Positions 39,030 to 51,320 of a stretch of 64,000 nt of DNA are shown here, in pieces. Origin of the DNA: Octopus bimaculoides (lineage: Eukaryota). The stretch's first letter is position 1. Every line of letters starts with the position of its first letter. The DNA lies in the NCBI RefSeq assembly GCF_001194135.2, contig NC_068986.1, positions 74,191,884-74,255,883 of the forward strand, read 5' to 3'. Made by a program: the position numbers and the translations under genes. The notes beneath the pieces were generated by a model that had not been told where the DNA came from, made no database searches, and saw nothing but the letters and a program-made list of their open reading frames with translations.

Positions 39030-39735
39030 TGGTAACTTACTTGCATTATTTGTCAAGCTTCGACAGAAGCAGTTGAACACTCAAAGTAGAGACCATCTGA
39101 AGCCACCTTTCTGCCAGTTATTTGATCCACACTGATACCAGTTCTTGTCCTTAAGGTGAAGAACTCCTTCACTGAAGCAGCCACCTTCTCTTGGTCGATG
39201 AAGTATCATGATCGCAGGAAGTGAGCCATGGATTGGAAGAAGTAATAATCTGAGGGAATTGAGTCCGGACTATATACTGGGTGTGACATTAGTTTGATTC
39301 TCTCAAGTTCCTGGAGTTTATTCCGGGTCATTCAAGTGGTATAAGGTTTTGCTGCAGAAGACTTTGATTTCTGTTAACCAATGCCAGTTATTTTTGCCAC
39401 ACAGTAGCATACATTCACTCCAGTTTGGGGTACAGGTTGGCATCAGTGGTTCACCTGTCCAGAATAAACTTGCAGTGAATTATCTCCTTATAACTCCACC
39501 AGACACAGTGCATCACCTTGTGTTTGAAATGCTCATATTTAGCAATAGGTTCTGAAAACCGGCCCTTACTTAACCACTGCTTACGTACGTTAGGATTGCA
39601 AAAAAATATCTTCTTCGGATAATTACTTGTTCAGATCCATGACAATTCATCAGCCAAGAGGCGGTGGAAGCTTCAATGAAAGGTGGTGTCAGATGGTGCA
39701 ACACAATGACCTCTACTTTCAATGCTTAGCTGCTT
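39030..39735 (-). mobile_element. Decayed mariner (DD34D) transposase fragment
   Basis: - strand reads MHCVWWSYK.IIH and HPVYSPDSIPSDYYFFQSMAHFL (mariner MLCVWW and HPPYSPDLAPSDY motifs). Confidence 0.82.
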
Positions 39736-40151
39736 TTGTTGTAACTTGATGAATAAAGTAAATAAGCTACCAAAATATTGCATAACTTTTGACTCAATGC
39801 AATATGTACCAATCTATCTTTTGTTGAGGCATGTCTTATTTGAAACTATTTTCTGTTGAGATGTGTCAAGTTTATTGTGGTAATGTAACTTTGCATAAAA
39901 TACCAATTCCGTTTTTGGTTAATATTTAACATAATTACTGGAATAATCAGGAAATTTAATTTCACAGATTAAGAGTTCACAGAACAACAATAACAACAAC
40001 ACAGATAAATAAACAAATAATAATTGGCCATAAATATAAGAGTAAATTTAATTACAGTTGAATTTTAATCATTGTTAAATGCTTTGGTAAATATTAATTA
40101 AACAGTAAGTGGATTGAGTTAAGGAATCAATATTTAACAAAAAAGGTTAAT

Positions 40152-40189
<38 letters not shown>

Positions 40190-41886
40190 GGTGGTGTGAA
40201 ACAACACAGGCTACTTAATGTAGCTGAGTAATAGTGATTGGGTAAATCGCTTTTATAAAGATTAAATCTGCTAAATATTGTTAAGATGAGAAGTGGTTCT
40301 GAAAGGATTCTTCAAAATAGTTATTAGAAATCTGATTCTAATTTTAGCTTATTAAATTTGTTTTCTATCATATTTATTTATCTTCTTATGTTGTTTGTGT
40401 ATGTACTTGTGTGTGAGTGTGTATCTGTAATGAATAAGGTATGCATTGACTACATTACATTATACAATACTCTAATGGTTAGAGGTTTAGGGCTCACAAT
40501 CATAAGGCTGTGGGTTCAATTCCTAGACTGGACAGGATGGTGTGTTTTTAAGCAAGGTATATTATTTCATGTTGATCCAGTCTGCTCAGTTGAAAATGAG
40601 TACCAGCTCAATGTTGGTGCAGCTCTCTCCCTTTCCCAGANNNNNNNNNNATATATATATATCTCTTACACACACACACATTTATTGAATGTGGTGTTTT
40701 GCTGTTATATATACCCTTTGACCCTTTCCCACTCACAATGCTAAAGAAGCTAGCTGGAATATTGCTTTAGTCTTCAACAATGTTTTGCTCTACAAAACGT
40801 TCTCCCTCCCAATTTCCGTATATCTTAAATTACAATTCAAATTAAACTCTGCAATAATTCAAATTAAACATAAATTTGTTTTATATTAGCTCAGGGTCGC
40901 AAAAACTATTGGGAGCGGTTGCTTTACTCAACTCCAGCATTTAACTGGAACAGTTTCTATCAATTGTTGAAAGATAAAGGACGAAATTGAACAGATTTGA
41001 ACAGGCAACATAAACAATCATTTATGCTATCAATTCAAACAATAAAAGGTATTAATTGCAATGACTTCACCTAATTATTCATGTTTCCAAGTCTGGGAGA
41101 TTCTATAAAGGTTTTAACCCTTTGATATTCAGATTACACTTTCAAAAGTACTTATTTATTCACTGGTTTTGAATTAATCATACATTATCTTGTAGCTTTG
41201 AAATTTCAATGGTGTCACCATCATCACCATCATCATCATCATTTGTCCACTTTCCCTGCTGGCATGGGTTGGGCGGTTTTACTATCTATCTATCTATCCA
41301 TCCATCCATCCCTGCCTCCTTCCTTCCTTCCTTCCTTCCTTCCTATTTTATAGTTTGGAGGAAGAGGTTGTGGCCATGACCTTGCAGACCTTCCAAACTT
41401 GGTTATTTTTCTTGAATGCAGGAAAAATACATGTAGGGATTTTGTTAAGAGGTGGCAGGATTAGGTGAATTTGTTATTGCCAGGCCTGTGTGGGTAGGAG
41501 GGTGGTCTTATTATATAGTTGAGAAAACGAGAAGCAATATATAAATCAAGGGTCTGAGTGAGTGAATCATGATACCAATTAAGTCCAAGTTTTGGTGGGA
41601 CATATCAGTGAGTTATGTATGATAGCTATCTTGTTGTCCTCTTATTTCTAAATAAAAACAAGGCATCTACTAATGTTCTAAAATGATTACAATTGAGTTG
41701 AAATAAAACAGCTCTTGAACAGAATTATCTTTGGTTCACAGGTAAAGGTTGCTATCAGAGTATTGTGTCATGAACGATATTTGGTGGTTGATATCCAGAT
41801 CACACACACACACACACAGACACACACACACACACACGTGAGAGGACAAACAAAAGAAAGGCTACTCAACACATTTATTGGGAGTT

Positions 41887-42070
41887 ACATATATTACCCA
41901 AAACAGTTTTATTTGGATTCCATGCTACTTCAAGTTTTGAAGCCCCTACTGGGTCCTTTCTCGTCAGGCTGGTAAGAATTTAAATCAAATTCTTACCAAT
42001 CTGATGAGGGCTTCAAAACTTGAAGTAGCATGGAATCTGAATCAAATTGTTTTGAGTGATATATATATGT
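41887..42070. repeat. Foldback element with nested hairpin
   Basis: 30-bp perfect arms 41916-41945 / 42008-42037; inner 12-bp perfect stem 41970-41981 / 41987-41998. Confidence 0.93.
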
Positions 42071-42190
42071 GTATGTGTGTGTGTGTAGAAAGATAAAGCG
42101 AGGCCGTAGGCTAATGAGTTTAGGGTCTGTAGAAACACTGTAAAGCTAATCGCTTTATGGATGTGAAACACTGGGTAAATCCATAAACTG

Positions 42191-42269
<79 letters not shown>

Positions 42270-43013
42270 GCACACACACCCACCCACATATAAATAGATA
42301 TATAACAGAGTTATTAGTAAGGGATTATCAATCCAGGCAAATACTTTATTAGATCTCCGTGAGTATATCAGGCTGACAGTATTGTTTAGATTAGTAAAGA
42401 ACTCCAGATATTCTTGTGGCAGGGTCCGAGGTTATAGTTCACCACTATTCTGTATCTTAAATCCATGGTTGTGCTCTAGTTAAACTGCTTTTTACACAGA
42501 ATGATAATATATGACAAGGCGTATATAATGGAAAATATTTGATAACCATTATTTACGCCTTGGCTTCTATATATGTTTGAGCCTTCTCACGCACAGCATA
42601 TCACCAAAAGTCTTGATCATTTGAAGTTGCCTCTGTGAATCCCATGACCTCTGAATGTTGGACCTCATGGAGGCAACAACAAGCGACCAAGACCTTTGGC
42701 AATATGCTGTACTTGAGAAGATTCCTCAAGCCATTTGAAATCGTAGTCATGGCCGTTGCCAGTGTCATGTAAATGGCACCTGTGTCAGTGGCACATAAAA
42801 AGCAACCATTACACTCTTGGAATGGTTGGCACTAGGAAGGGCATCCAGCTGTAGAAACCATGCCAAATCAGACTGGATCCTGATGCAGCTCCCTGGCTTA
42901 CCAGTTCAAGTCAAACAGTCTAACCCATGCCAGCATGGAAAGTAGACACAAAATGATGATGATGATATATTGTAATTAGCATTGACATGATAATTATTTG
43001 TTTTAATTGACAG

Positions 43014-43120
43014 GTAAAAGATCCACAGGAGTTCCTTCAAATACAATCACATCAGATTTCCCGACATGTAAAGACTTATACCAGGAGGTTGTCGTTCCAG
43101 TGTTTGCAACTCTAAAAGGA
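43014..43120 (+). CDS. PLEKHH1/2: PLEKHH1/2 coding exon (GKRSTG...LYQEVVVPVFATLKG)
   Basis: GACAG acceptor, GGA|GTATGT donor, phase 1/0. Joined to the next exon it gives PVFATLKG-KAAQI, matching the PLEKHH-family 'VY(T/A)TLKGKATQI' motif as I recall it. Confidence 0.9.
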
Positions 43121-43649
43121 GTATGTAGAATTTTGCCTTTTTATTTCCCGTTTCTCGTTTCTTTACAGGTGCAGGCACAGGTGCATGATAAGAAGTGTAC
43201 CTCCCTACTACGTAATTTCAGGTTCTGTCCCACTGCATGTCACTTTTCAGTGAACACAAACAGCACAATGACCAGGCTTGTTGTCACAAAAGATAGCAAA
43301 GGAGCATTACAGCTTGTTAAGACCATGTCATCTAATTACTACTATTATGTAATGTCAAGACAAGGAGATGGACAATACATACACACATACATATGTGTTT
43401 GTATATATATATATATGTACACACACACACACACACGTTTGTGCATGTGTCTCTGTGTGTACATGATGGGCTTCTTTCAGTTTCCATGTAACACAACCAT
43501 TCACAGGGCATTGTTGGACCCAGAGTTAAAGTAGAAGGCATGTGCCAAAAGTTACCACACTAGAGGATTGAACCTGGAACTACATGATGGTAAACATGTT
43601 AGATCTCTTGCCTTGGAGATCTAAAACGATCGAATACCCATTTTATCAT

Positions 43650-44058
43650 CCAAAGCAGCACATTTATATATTTACCCATTCTTTAAACATAATACTAAGT
43701 ATTTAAACATAAGCTGAAATATTCTTATTAAAAAAAATAGTTGCAAACGTTGTATAATGTTCCTAACATTCTTTTTGTTTTATTATTTACCCTTAAATTA
43801 AGTATGACAGCTCAAACAGAATGTGAACAAATTGTAACATTGAAAATGGCTGGTATAAAGAATTTCAAGTTGATAAAGTTGAGAAAAAATTAAGGGCTAC
43901 AGTGAAAGTAAAGAGTGGCCATTTTGAATTGTAAATATATAGTAAAATATTGTCAATAATTATAACAATTGGCCTGTAAACTTTCATTAACCAAAAGATA
44001 AAATGTTTTATTTTATGATAAAAGGAAGAATGGGTAAATATATATGGTACACCCAGTA
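43650..44058 (+). mobile_element. Tc1/mariner-derived non-autonomous element
   Basis: Inverted ends TATATTTACCCATTCTT / AAGAATGGGTAAATATA, right terminus ..GGTACACCCAGTA, internal AAAGAGTGGCCATTTTGAA (transposase C-terminal 'GGHFE'-like). Confidence 0.6.
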
Positions 44059-45174
44059 GACTAAACTATCTAATTCCAAATTTCTTCAATTTACGTTGCA
44101 GAGAAATAACTACATGGCATTCTGGGAACTTTAATTTTGATATACAAGTGAAAATATTTGTCTCATTTACTGATTGCTACAGAAACAGGGGTTAAGCATC
44201 AACTTCATAAACTTTTATGGTCTTTAGAGAAGATTAGAATTTTGTCAATTTAAAATAATCTTGTCAGTCTGCTGCACGTTTTTGCACAGCAGATTATGCC
44301 ATGAAATATGTGGTAGAAATAAATGAAGCAGAAGATGAAGGAATATAACAGAAGGAGGAGATATATATACACCTTATGAAATGAGATTGAATAAAAGTAC
44401 AGTTGCTTAGGGCTGCAGTATCTGAAATTTATTCAATATAAGAATATCTTTATATGGTTTCAACCAACAAAAAAGCAACTAATATATCTAAAAAATTATT
44501 TATATACCGACATTTCTTAAGAATTATTTTTTCTGGAAAAATTTGCTCTATTTCCCAAAGGAATAATTTACAATATTTATATAATCTTAGAGAGAAATTT
44601 CTTTCCTTCTCTCACAAAACTATTCAAAACTTCTTGAAATATTAGCACTTGTGACATTAAACCATTTCCCACCATTTTAAGGCGGGTATTTTTGTAATTT
44701 TTACACAGAATTTAATATTGGCATATTACTGAATTTTGTGGCATTTGACTCCGAAGTAATTACAAAAATGTAGAAATATGAATACAATAATATTGCAAGC
44801 TGATGTAGTCATGGTTGGTTGCAGATCTAGCCAATATAACATAGATCAGGATGTTGTCAGTCACAGAACAATACACATATGAAATATTGAAAAATCTCTC
44901 TCTTTACTTTCAATCAACTTAGGATTCCCAATTTACTTTTTGTAGAAACTTATGAATGTTTGGCTACACATAGCTTAATGATAAAACAATACCAACTGAG
45001 TATATCTGGTCTTGTACACTGTTTTATTGACACTTCTACAATTAATAATGACAATAACATTAAAACAAACAATATCTAAAGAATAAACAGCAATTATTAG
45101 AAGAACAGTAGTAACAACAGTCTCAATGTAGCCACTCAATTTGTTAGACATAATAATCAAATCATCCTCTACTG

Positions 45175-45495
45175 CAGGGATCCTCAACAATTGTTTTACC
45201 TATAGACCCCTTTGATCCTTATTTTATTCTGGTGAACCCCATAACCATTTAATGTTTAAAAACTAGTTTTATAGAGACTTTTTTCAAAGTTCCTATTTTG
45301 TTTTTCACACATCAATTTGTGTAGGTTGAACTATGTAAAATGTTGGAGAAAGAAACCTAGCTATTTCTTGCAAAATGTTTTTCAGGGGCTTTTAGAATAC
45401 TATTGTGGATCCCTAATTTACTCTTTTCTTGTGTGGACCCCAAAAATCTTAAATGGACCCCCAGGAACCATATGGACTCTGGTTGAGAACCCCTG
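45175..45495. mobile_element. hAT (Charlie-like) MITE
   Basis: TIRs CAGGGATCCTCAAC / GTTGAGAACCCCTG; 8-bp TSD CTCTACTG / CTCTAGTG (7/8). Confidence 0.82.
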
Positions 45496-45959
45496 CTCTA
45501 GTGGCTTAAACAAAAGACATGTTGGAATATGTAGTCCTACATGTGCAATACTTGAAAACAGTGAGCCAGATGATCATGGCTGGAGTGTCTTCTATCATAG
45601 GGTTGTTGGATTCAGGCAGAAATGAGACAGAAACATCAACAGAAGAACAAAGTTAGGAACTTATCTGTAGGTTACTTTGATCAAAGAATTCCAGCTATGA
45701 ACACCCCTTCTATTTATGTGTCAATACAACCAGAATTGTAATCCAAATCATGTCTTTCTATTTTTAAGCATGTAGGGTATGTTTGAGGGGAATTTGGCTG
45801 CTTCTTCTAGCAGACTAAGTACTCACCTAGTAGTTCTAATTATAAATGTTTCACTGAGTCTGTACAAAAAAATGCAGAGGCAGTGTGTGTATGTGTGTAT
45901 GAGTGAGTAGATTATGTATGCATATATTTATATCTATGCATGTATATATATTTATATAT

Positions 45960-46920
45960 AGGAAAATGAAACATAATAATGGGGCAGAATGCCAAACTGG
46001 AAGCATATTTTAATAAAGATTTCTAACCGGCTTTCATTGCATAGCAAATTATCAAGAAGAGGGAGAATGAAAATGTTTTTTACAACAAAGTAAAAAATGA
46101 AAAAAATAATATATAAAACAAATTATATATAAAAAAATAAATATACCAATACATTATATTGTCTTTGAGCTTTTAAAGTTCAATGGTAATTCATGTAGAT
46201 AATGGTTGGAAAAATAAGGATGCTTGAAAATTGAGAGTTGTGTTAGGTTTAAAAAAAGAGAAAAGGGTCTAAAAGTTTGTGTTAAGCAGGAAGTGTGGTG
46301 TCAAAACAGGAAGTGTGTGTAAGGGGAGACATATCTTTTTAGTTGGAGTTATGAANNNNNNNNNNNNNNNNNNNNNNNNNNNNNNNNNNNNNNNNNNNNN
46401 NNNNNNNNNNNNNNNNNNNNNNNNNNNNNNNNNNNNNNNNNNNNNNNNNNNNNNNNNNNNNNNNNNNNNNNNNNNNNNNNNNNNNNNNNNNNNNNNNNNN
46501 NNNNNNNNNNNNNNNNNNNNNNNNNNNNNNNNNNNNNNNNNNNATAACTCCAACTAAAAAGATATGTCTCCCCTTACACACACTTCCTGTTTTGACACCA
46601 CACTTCCTGCTTAACACAAACTTTTAGACCCTTTTCTCTTTTTTTAAACCTAACACAACTCTCAATTTTCAAGCATCCTTATTTTTCCAACCATTATCTA
46701 CATGAATTACCATTGAACTTTAAAAGCTCAAAGACAATATAATGTATTGGTATATTTATTTTTTTATATATTATTTTTTTCATTTTTTATTTCGTTGTAA
46801 AAAACATTTTCATTCTCCCTCTTCTTGATAATTAGCTATGCAATGAAAGCCGGTTAGAAATCTTTATTAAAATATGCTTCCAGTTTAGCACTCTGCCTAA
46901 TTATTATTTTTCATTTTCCT
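45960..46920. repeat. ~390-bp inverted repeat flanking an assembly gap
   Basis: 45960-46352 is the reverse complement of 46544-46920. Confidence 0.9.
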
Positions 46921-47010
46921 TTTATTTCTCCACGTGCGGTTAGCACATCCCCACTATTTACTGACTTATTTATATATATCTATATCTATACGTATGTATA
47001 CATATACATG

Positions 47011-48778
47011 TCTACTACATATGTGGAAATCTGTGGGTGAGTTTGTTTGTGGCCTTGTTATCTAACTCCTCCTACATCGTTTTATCGATTTTGATGAAAC
47101 TTGACACGTGAGTAGAACTCATGTCTGGAAAACTAGGGCTCCTGGAAGGGATTTCATATCAACTACATATAACTAATATATTATTTTTAAACGTCCAAGG
47201 GAAATAGCCCATTCCCTCCTGCAAATAGACCCTTATATATAGCCAAGGGAAATAACCCATTCATGTTCATAAAGTATTTCATCTTAGTCAAATTGAGTAT
47301 GCTTATTTCTTAGTATTTGAACTATTTAACTTACTTTCGCAATTTATCCAGTACAATGCTTAACCCTTTCGTTACTATATTTCTGACCAAAATACACCCC
47401 TCATGAGTTTCAATTAAATTCTAAAATAATCATGAATTTAGACTAGTCTCATTAAACACCTGTAACTTTTTTATTTATCAACACATTAATGTGATATTTG
47501 GAACATAATTAAAGAAAGGGTTCTTAATCAATTCTATTGCATAATATTTGTCTCTGGGGTACTGCTAGTGTCTCTCACATGTAAATATTGGTTCAGCTTC
47601 ACGAATCGTACTCGTTCATAATACTGGAAATATATTCATCGCCAAAAGGTACCTGATCGCTCCAGTAATTTGTTATTCTGGGTAACTGTCTAATACCCAT
47701 AATAATATTTATGGCAAAAAATGCCCGTATTTCACNNNNNNNNNNNNNNNNNNNNNNNNNNNNNNNNNNNNNNNNNNNNNNNNNNNNNNNNNNNNNNNNN
47801 NNNNNNNNNNNNNNNNNNNNNNNNNNNNNNNNNNNNNNNNNNNNNNNNNNNNNNNNNNNNNNNNNNNNNNNNNNNNNNNNNNNNNNNNNNNNNNNNNNNN
47901 NNNNNNNNNNNNNNNNNNNNNNNNNNNNNNNNNNNNNNNNNNNNNNNNNNNNNNNNNNNNNNNNNNNNNNNNNNNNNNNNNNNNNNNNNNNNNNNNNNNN
48001 NNNNNNNNNNNNNNNNNNNNNNNNNNNNNNNNNNNNNNNNNNNNNNNNNNNNNNNNNNNNNNNNNNNNNNNNNNNNNNNNNNNNNNNNNNNNNNNNNNNN
48101 NNNNNNNNNNNNNNNNNNNNNNNNNNNNNNNNNNTCAAATGTACATTTAAATAACAATGGGTACTCTCGGACGGCTACGGCCGGGTTGGTCTTATGAACT
48201 AAAAATTTTTTCGGACGGCTACGGCCGGGTTAGTAACGAAAGGGTTAAACAAGCAAATAATATTTTCTTAAACAATAGATTCACTTATTTTGGTTAGTAA
48301 CTTATTCATGAGTATACTAACACTAGCGCTGCTGAGGGTAACATTCTTTGCAAATGCACAAAAGCTTTTTTCAGAGTTATTTACTTTGAATTATTATCTC
48401 ATCTGATTAGCCTGTTATTACATAACATGTTTTGTGATTTTAGTATACATACCTTATCAGTATTTCCTCCTAAGTTCTATATACTCTGGGAATGTATTAA
48501 AGCCCTTTTCATTGCTACTTTATCTGAATTCTTACTATCGGGTAATTAATTTCATGTTATTACATAACTGACTTCACAATTTGAATATTCATAACTTATT
48601 TGGAATTCCTAAAAACAAGATCCTGTGTAAGACAGTTCACTATCCTCAATAAATGCACAAAAACCGTTTTAAAGGCTATATACTTTTTATTGTTGTTACT
48701 GGATTAGTGAAACAATTATGAGATTTGAACCAGGGGGTAAGCCCCACTTTCCTGGGAATTACCGGGTATGTCAGCTAG
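47011..48778 (+). mobile_element. Non-autonomous Helitron-like element (contains the piggyBac insertion)
   Basis: 5' TC start (TCTACTACATATGTGGAAA) and typical ..GATTTTGATGAAACTTG; 3' hairpin CCTGG-GAATTA-CCGGG followed by CTAG at 48775-48778. Confidence 0.65.
47364..48244 (-). mobile_element. Internally deleted piggyBac element
   Basis: TTAA TSDs, 14-bp perfect TIR CCCTTTCGTTACTA / TAGTAACGAAAGGG, subterminal direct repeat GGACGGCTACGGCCGGGTT (x2), transposase fragment EIRAFFAINIIMGIRQLPRITNYWS. About 400 N inside. Confidence 0.92.
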
Positions 48779-49185
48779 TCTACTACATATGTGGAAAATC
48801 AGTGTGTGTTTGTTTGTGACGTTGTTAGCTAACTCCTTCGTCGTTTTATTGATTTTGATGAGCCTTGACATGTGAGTAGAACTCATGTCCGGAAACCTCA
48901 TTACATACTTAGATTGTTGAAAACATCGATAATACGGCCCCTGGAAGAGACCTTTATATCTACCTCATATAACTTATTTCTTTTTTTCTTTAACACCCAC
49001 GGAAAATAATCCATGGCACCTGTGCAATATTTTTTTAAACACTCAAAGAAAATAACCCATTTCATTGTTTATGTTCGATTGCTTTGAATATTGATTTTTT
49101 GTGTGTCCTATTTCTAATTTTTGCAGACAATATCACTTTTATACTTTATTTGACATGTGAGTAGAACTTATGTCTGGAAACCTCG
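48779..49185 (+). mobile_element. Second, head-to-tail Helitron-like copy, 3'-truncated
   Basis: CTAG|TCTACTACATATGTGGAAA junction; collinear with 47011-47290. Confidence 0.68.
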
Positions 49186-49707
49186 TGACATCTGGCTTTG
49201 TGCAGCTCCTGGCAAACAGTTTTTGTGGAAACTGGGTTCTAGAAGTGATCATTAAGCAAAAGTAATTTTGGGAGCTGTACTTTTGTGATCCTTTCTAACA
49301 ATTCGTGTAAAAGTCCATTGGTCCCTATCTGAAAGTTTTGGTTTTCTTCCGGAGTTTTATTTCAATGAGGAGGTTTTTCCCTCTTTCTCAAAGGGTGTCA
49401 GTACTTTTGAGACAGTACTTCTTGATACACCAAACATTTCGGTTGTTTTCATCATGCTAGAACCTGCCATATGAGCACCAAAAATTTGACCTCTTTGAAA
49501 GTCCGATAGATCTGTCATTTTAATGAATTTTAATTACCTTTTTCTGATGATATCTGAAAAGAAACAGCAATTTTAGCAAAGCATATTAAGCAACACTAAT
49601 AATAAACCAAAAAACATAAAAATAAACAAGCTTTTGGTGGTTTCATAGATATTTCAAAATTATGATGCTAGGATGCTACGTGTTTCCATTATTTTGTCCA
49701 ACCCCTG
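49185..49707 (-). mobile_element. Tc1-family transposon, 5' remnant
   Basis: TA|CAGGGGTTGGACAAAATAATGGAAAC terminus; ATG at 49518 gives MTDLSDFQRGQIFGAHMAG..FGVSRSTVSKV..GRKPKLSDRD (paired-like HTH). Confidence 0.88.
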
Positions 49708-51118
49708 TATATAGATACATACAGTAATGCAAGCACCTGATACTAGCCGGAAGCCTATTTCTTGGAGTATTAGTACTGTTCCTGAATAGGAGGAGGACCA
49801 AGAGTCAACTCATAGTGCCCAGGACCATTCTACTCAATATGCTCAGAGCACAAGAAGTGCATGCAAATCTGAAAGCCTTAAGCCACGAGAGCTTGAGGTA
49901 GTAGATACTACACATATTGCCTTTTGATTAAAATATATATACATTACTAATACTGAGAGGTAAAATTTATCTCACTTAAACGTAGATGTTCTGTTTGAAC
50001 AAGTTATACTATGGTAGACATCATGAGAGAAACTCTCATAATGGCTTTTGGTGCAAAATGTGTAGAATGCACTCTTATTTATGTTGCTAGTGGGGAGATA
50101 AATTCCCATTATCTCTAGTGCCGAGACCACTAGATCACATGGTTTTGACCTTCTTTAGTCTTGTCAATGATGGACTCTTGGCTGCTAGAGATAACAGCAA
50201 CACATCTCCCTGCCAGTTATGTATAGAAGGACAATGCCAGAACAGGCATAACTGAATATGCTACCAGTAGCAGATTTGAGATGGACTCATTTGAATGGGG
50301 ACTTAGATGTGATCCTGGACAACATTCTGGGAGGTAATTACACCTGCTGAAGATATGAAAGCTTTCCAAGCTGGTAGTACTTTTAGTCCACCTTCAAGAG
50401 ATGAGGTTCCAATATATTTTAAGAAGCTTCTACATCTCAGATGTTGATTTCACATGTGGTGACCACAGTTAGGAACTTAGGTTGATGTAATTTCACATAG
50501 ATATACTGCCTGGGAAAAAGACATAAAGCTGGAAATTATTTGAAATTATTTGATTGGAAATTATTTAACTGTGTCTCTGCTGGTTCAGGGGTGACTTTGG
50601 GCCAGACAACAATAAGAACAACACCAGTTAGTATCTCTAATTAGAGATAAAGACCAGCAAAGATTGAGAAAATGTCAAATGAAATGTAAGAAACCAAAGT
50701 CTTAGATTTGAAATGGCACGCAAGAATGGTGTCTGGGGTTTGGAATGTTATATTGTAGATCTAGCAAATCATTCAAGCATGGGACTGACAAAACAATGAT
50801 GGTGCTGGTGTGGATGACTTATGATGATGACAGTTGTTGTAGTGGTGTGGTAGTAGTGAAGGTGATGGTGATGATGTTGCAGTTGTTTATGATCTTATAT
50901 TTTCTTCTTTGTATAGAAGATGACATCACTTCTACTACATTGCTCTTCACTATGTTGATCTCTCCATCAACATTGTCATCACCATTATGATCTTCCTCAT
51001 CAATACCACAATTGTCATGGCCACCACCTAATCATCTCCCCCAAACCACCACTGATAACCCACTGCCACTAGCACTACAAATGATGTTGTAACAGTTATT
51101 TTTATTTACTACTTTCAG

Positions 51119-51320
51119 AAAGCAGCTCAAATCCGCAAATCTCCATTCATGGATGATACTACATCAGACTCATCTGATGACGAGGCATGTACTGGACTAT
51201 ACAGTGGCCAATCAGAGGCAATAGAATCAGTGACCAGCCCAGTTAGTGGACACACATTCAGCTCCCTTTCCATACGAAAGACAGCAATTAACCAGAGTAG
51301 CTCTGGTGCTGTTAAGAGAG
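51119..51320 (+). CDS. PLEKHH1/2: PLEKHH1/2 coding exon (KAAQIRKSPFMDDTTSDSSDDE...AVKR-G)
   Basis: TTTCAG acceptor, GAG|GTAATT donor, 202 nt, phase 0/1; KAAQI..PFMDD..SDDE resembles vertebrate KATQI..PFMDESSGSDDD. Confidence 0.9.

Noticed and set aside
49790-49897. 108-nt open phase-0 stretch (EEDQESTHSAQD...PRELE) between AG and GT
   Set aside because: No pyrimidine tract, poor donor (GTAGTA), and inclusion would split the conserved TLKG|KAAQI motif.
50100-50520. Possible further LINE fragment
   Set aside because: Looks like an old repeat, but I could not recover a convincing motif.
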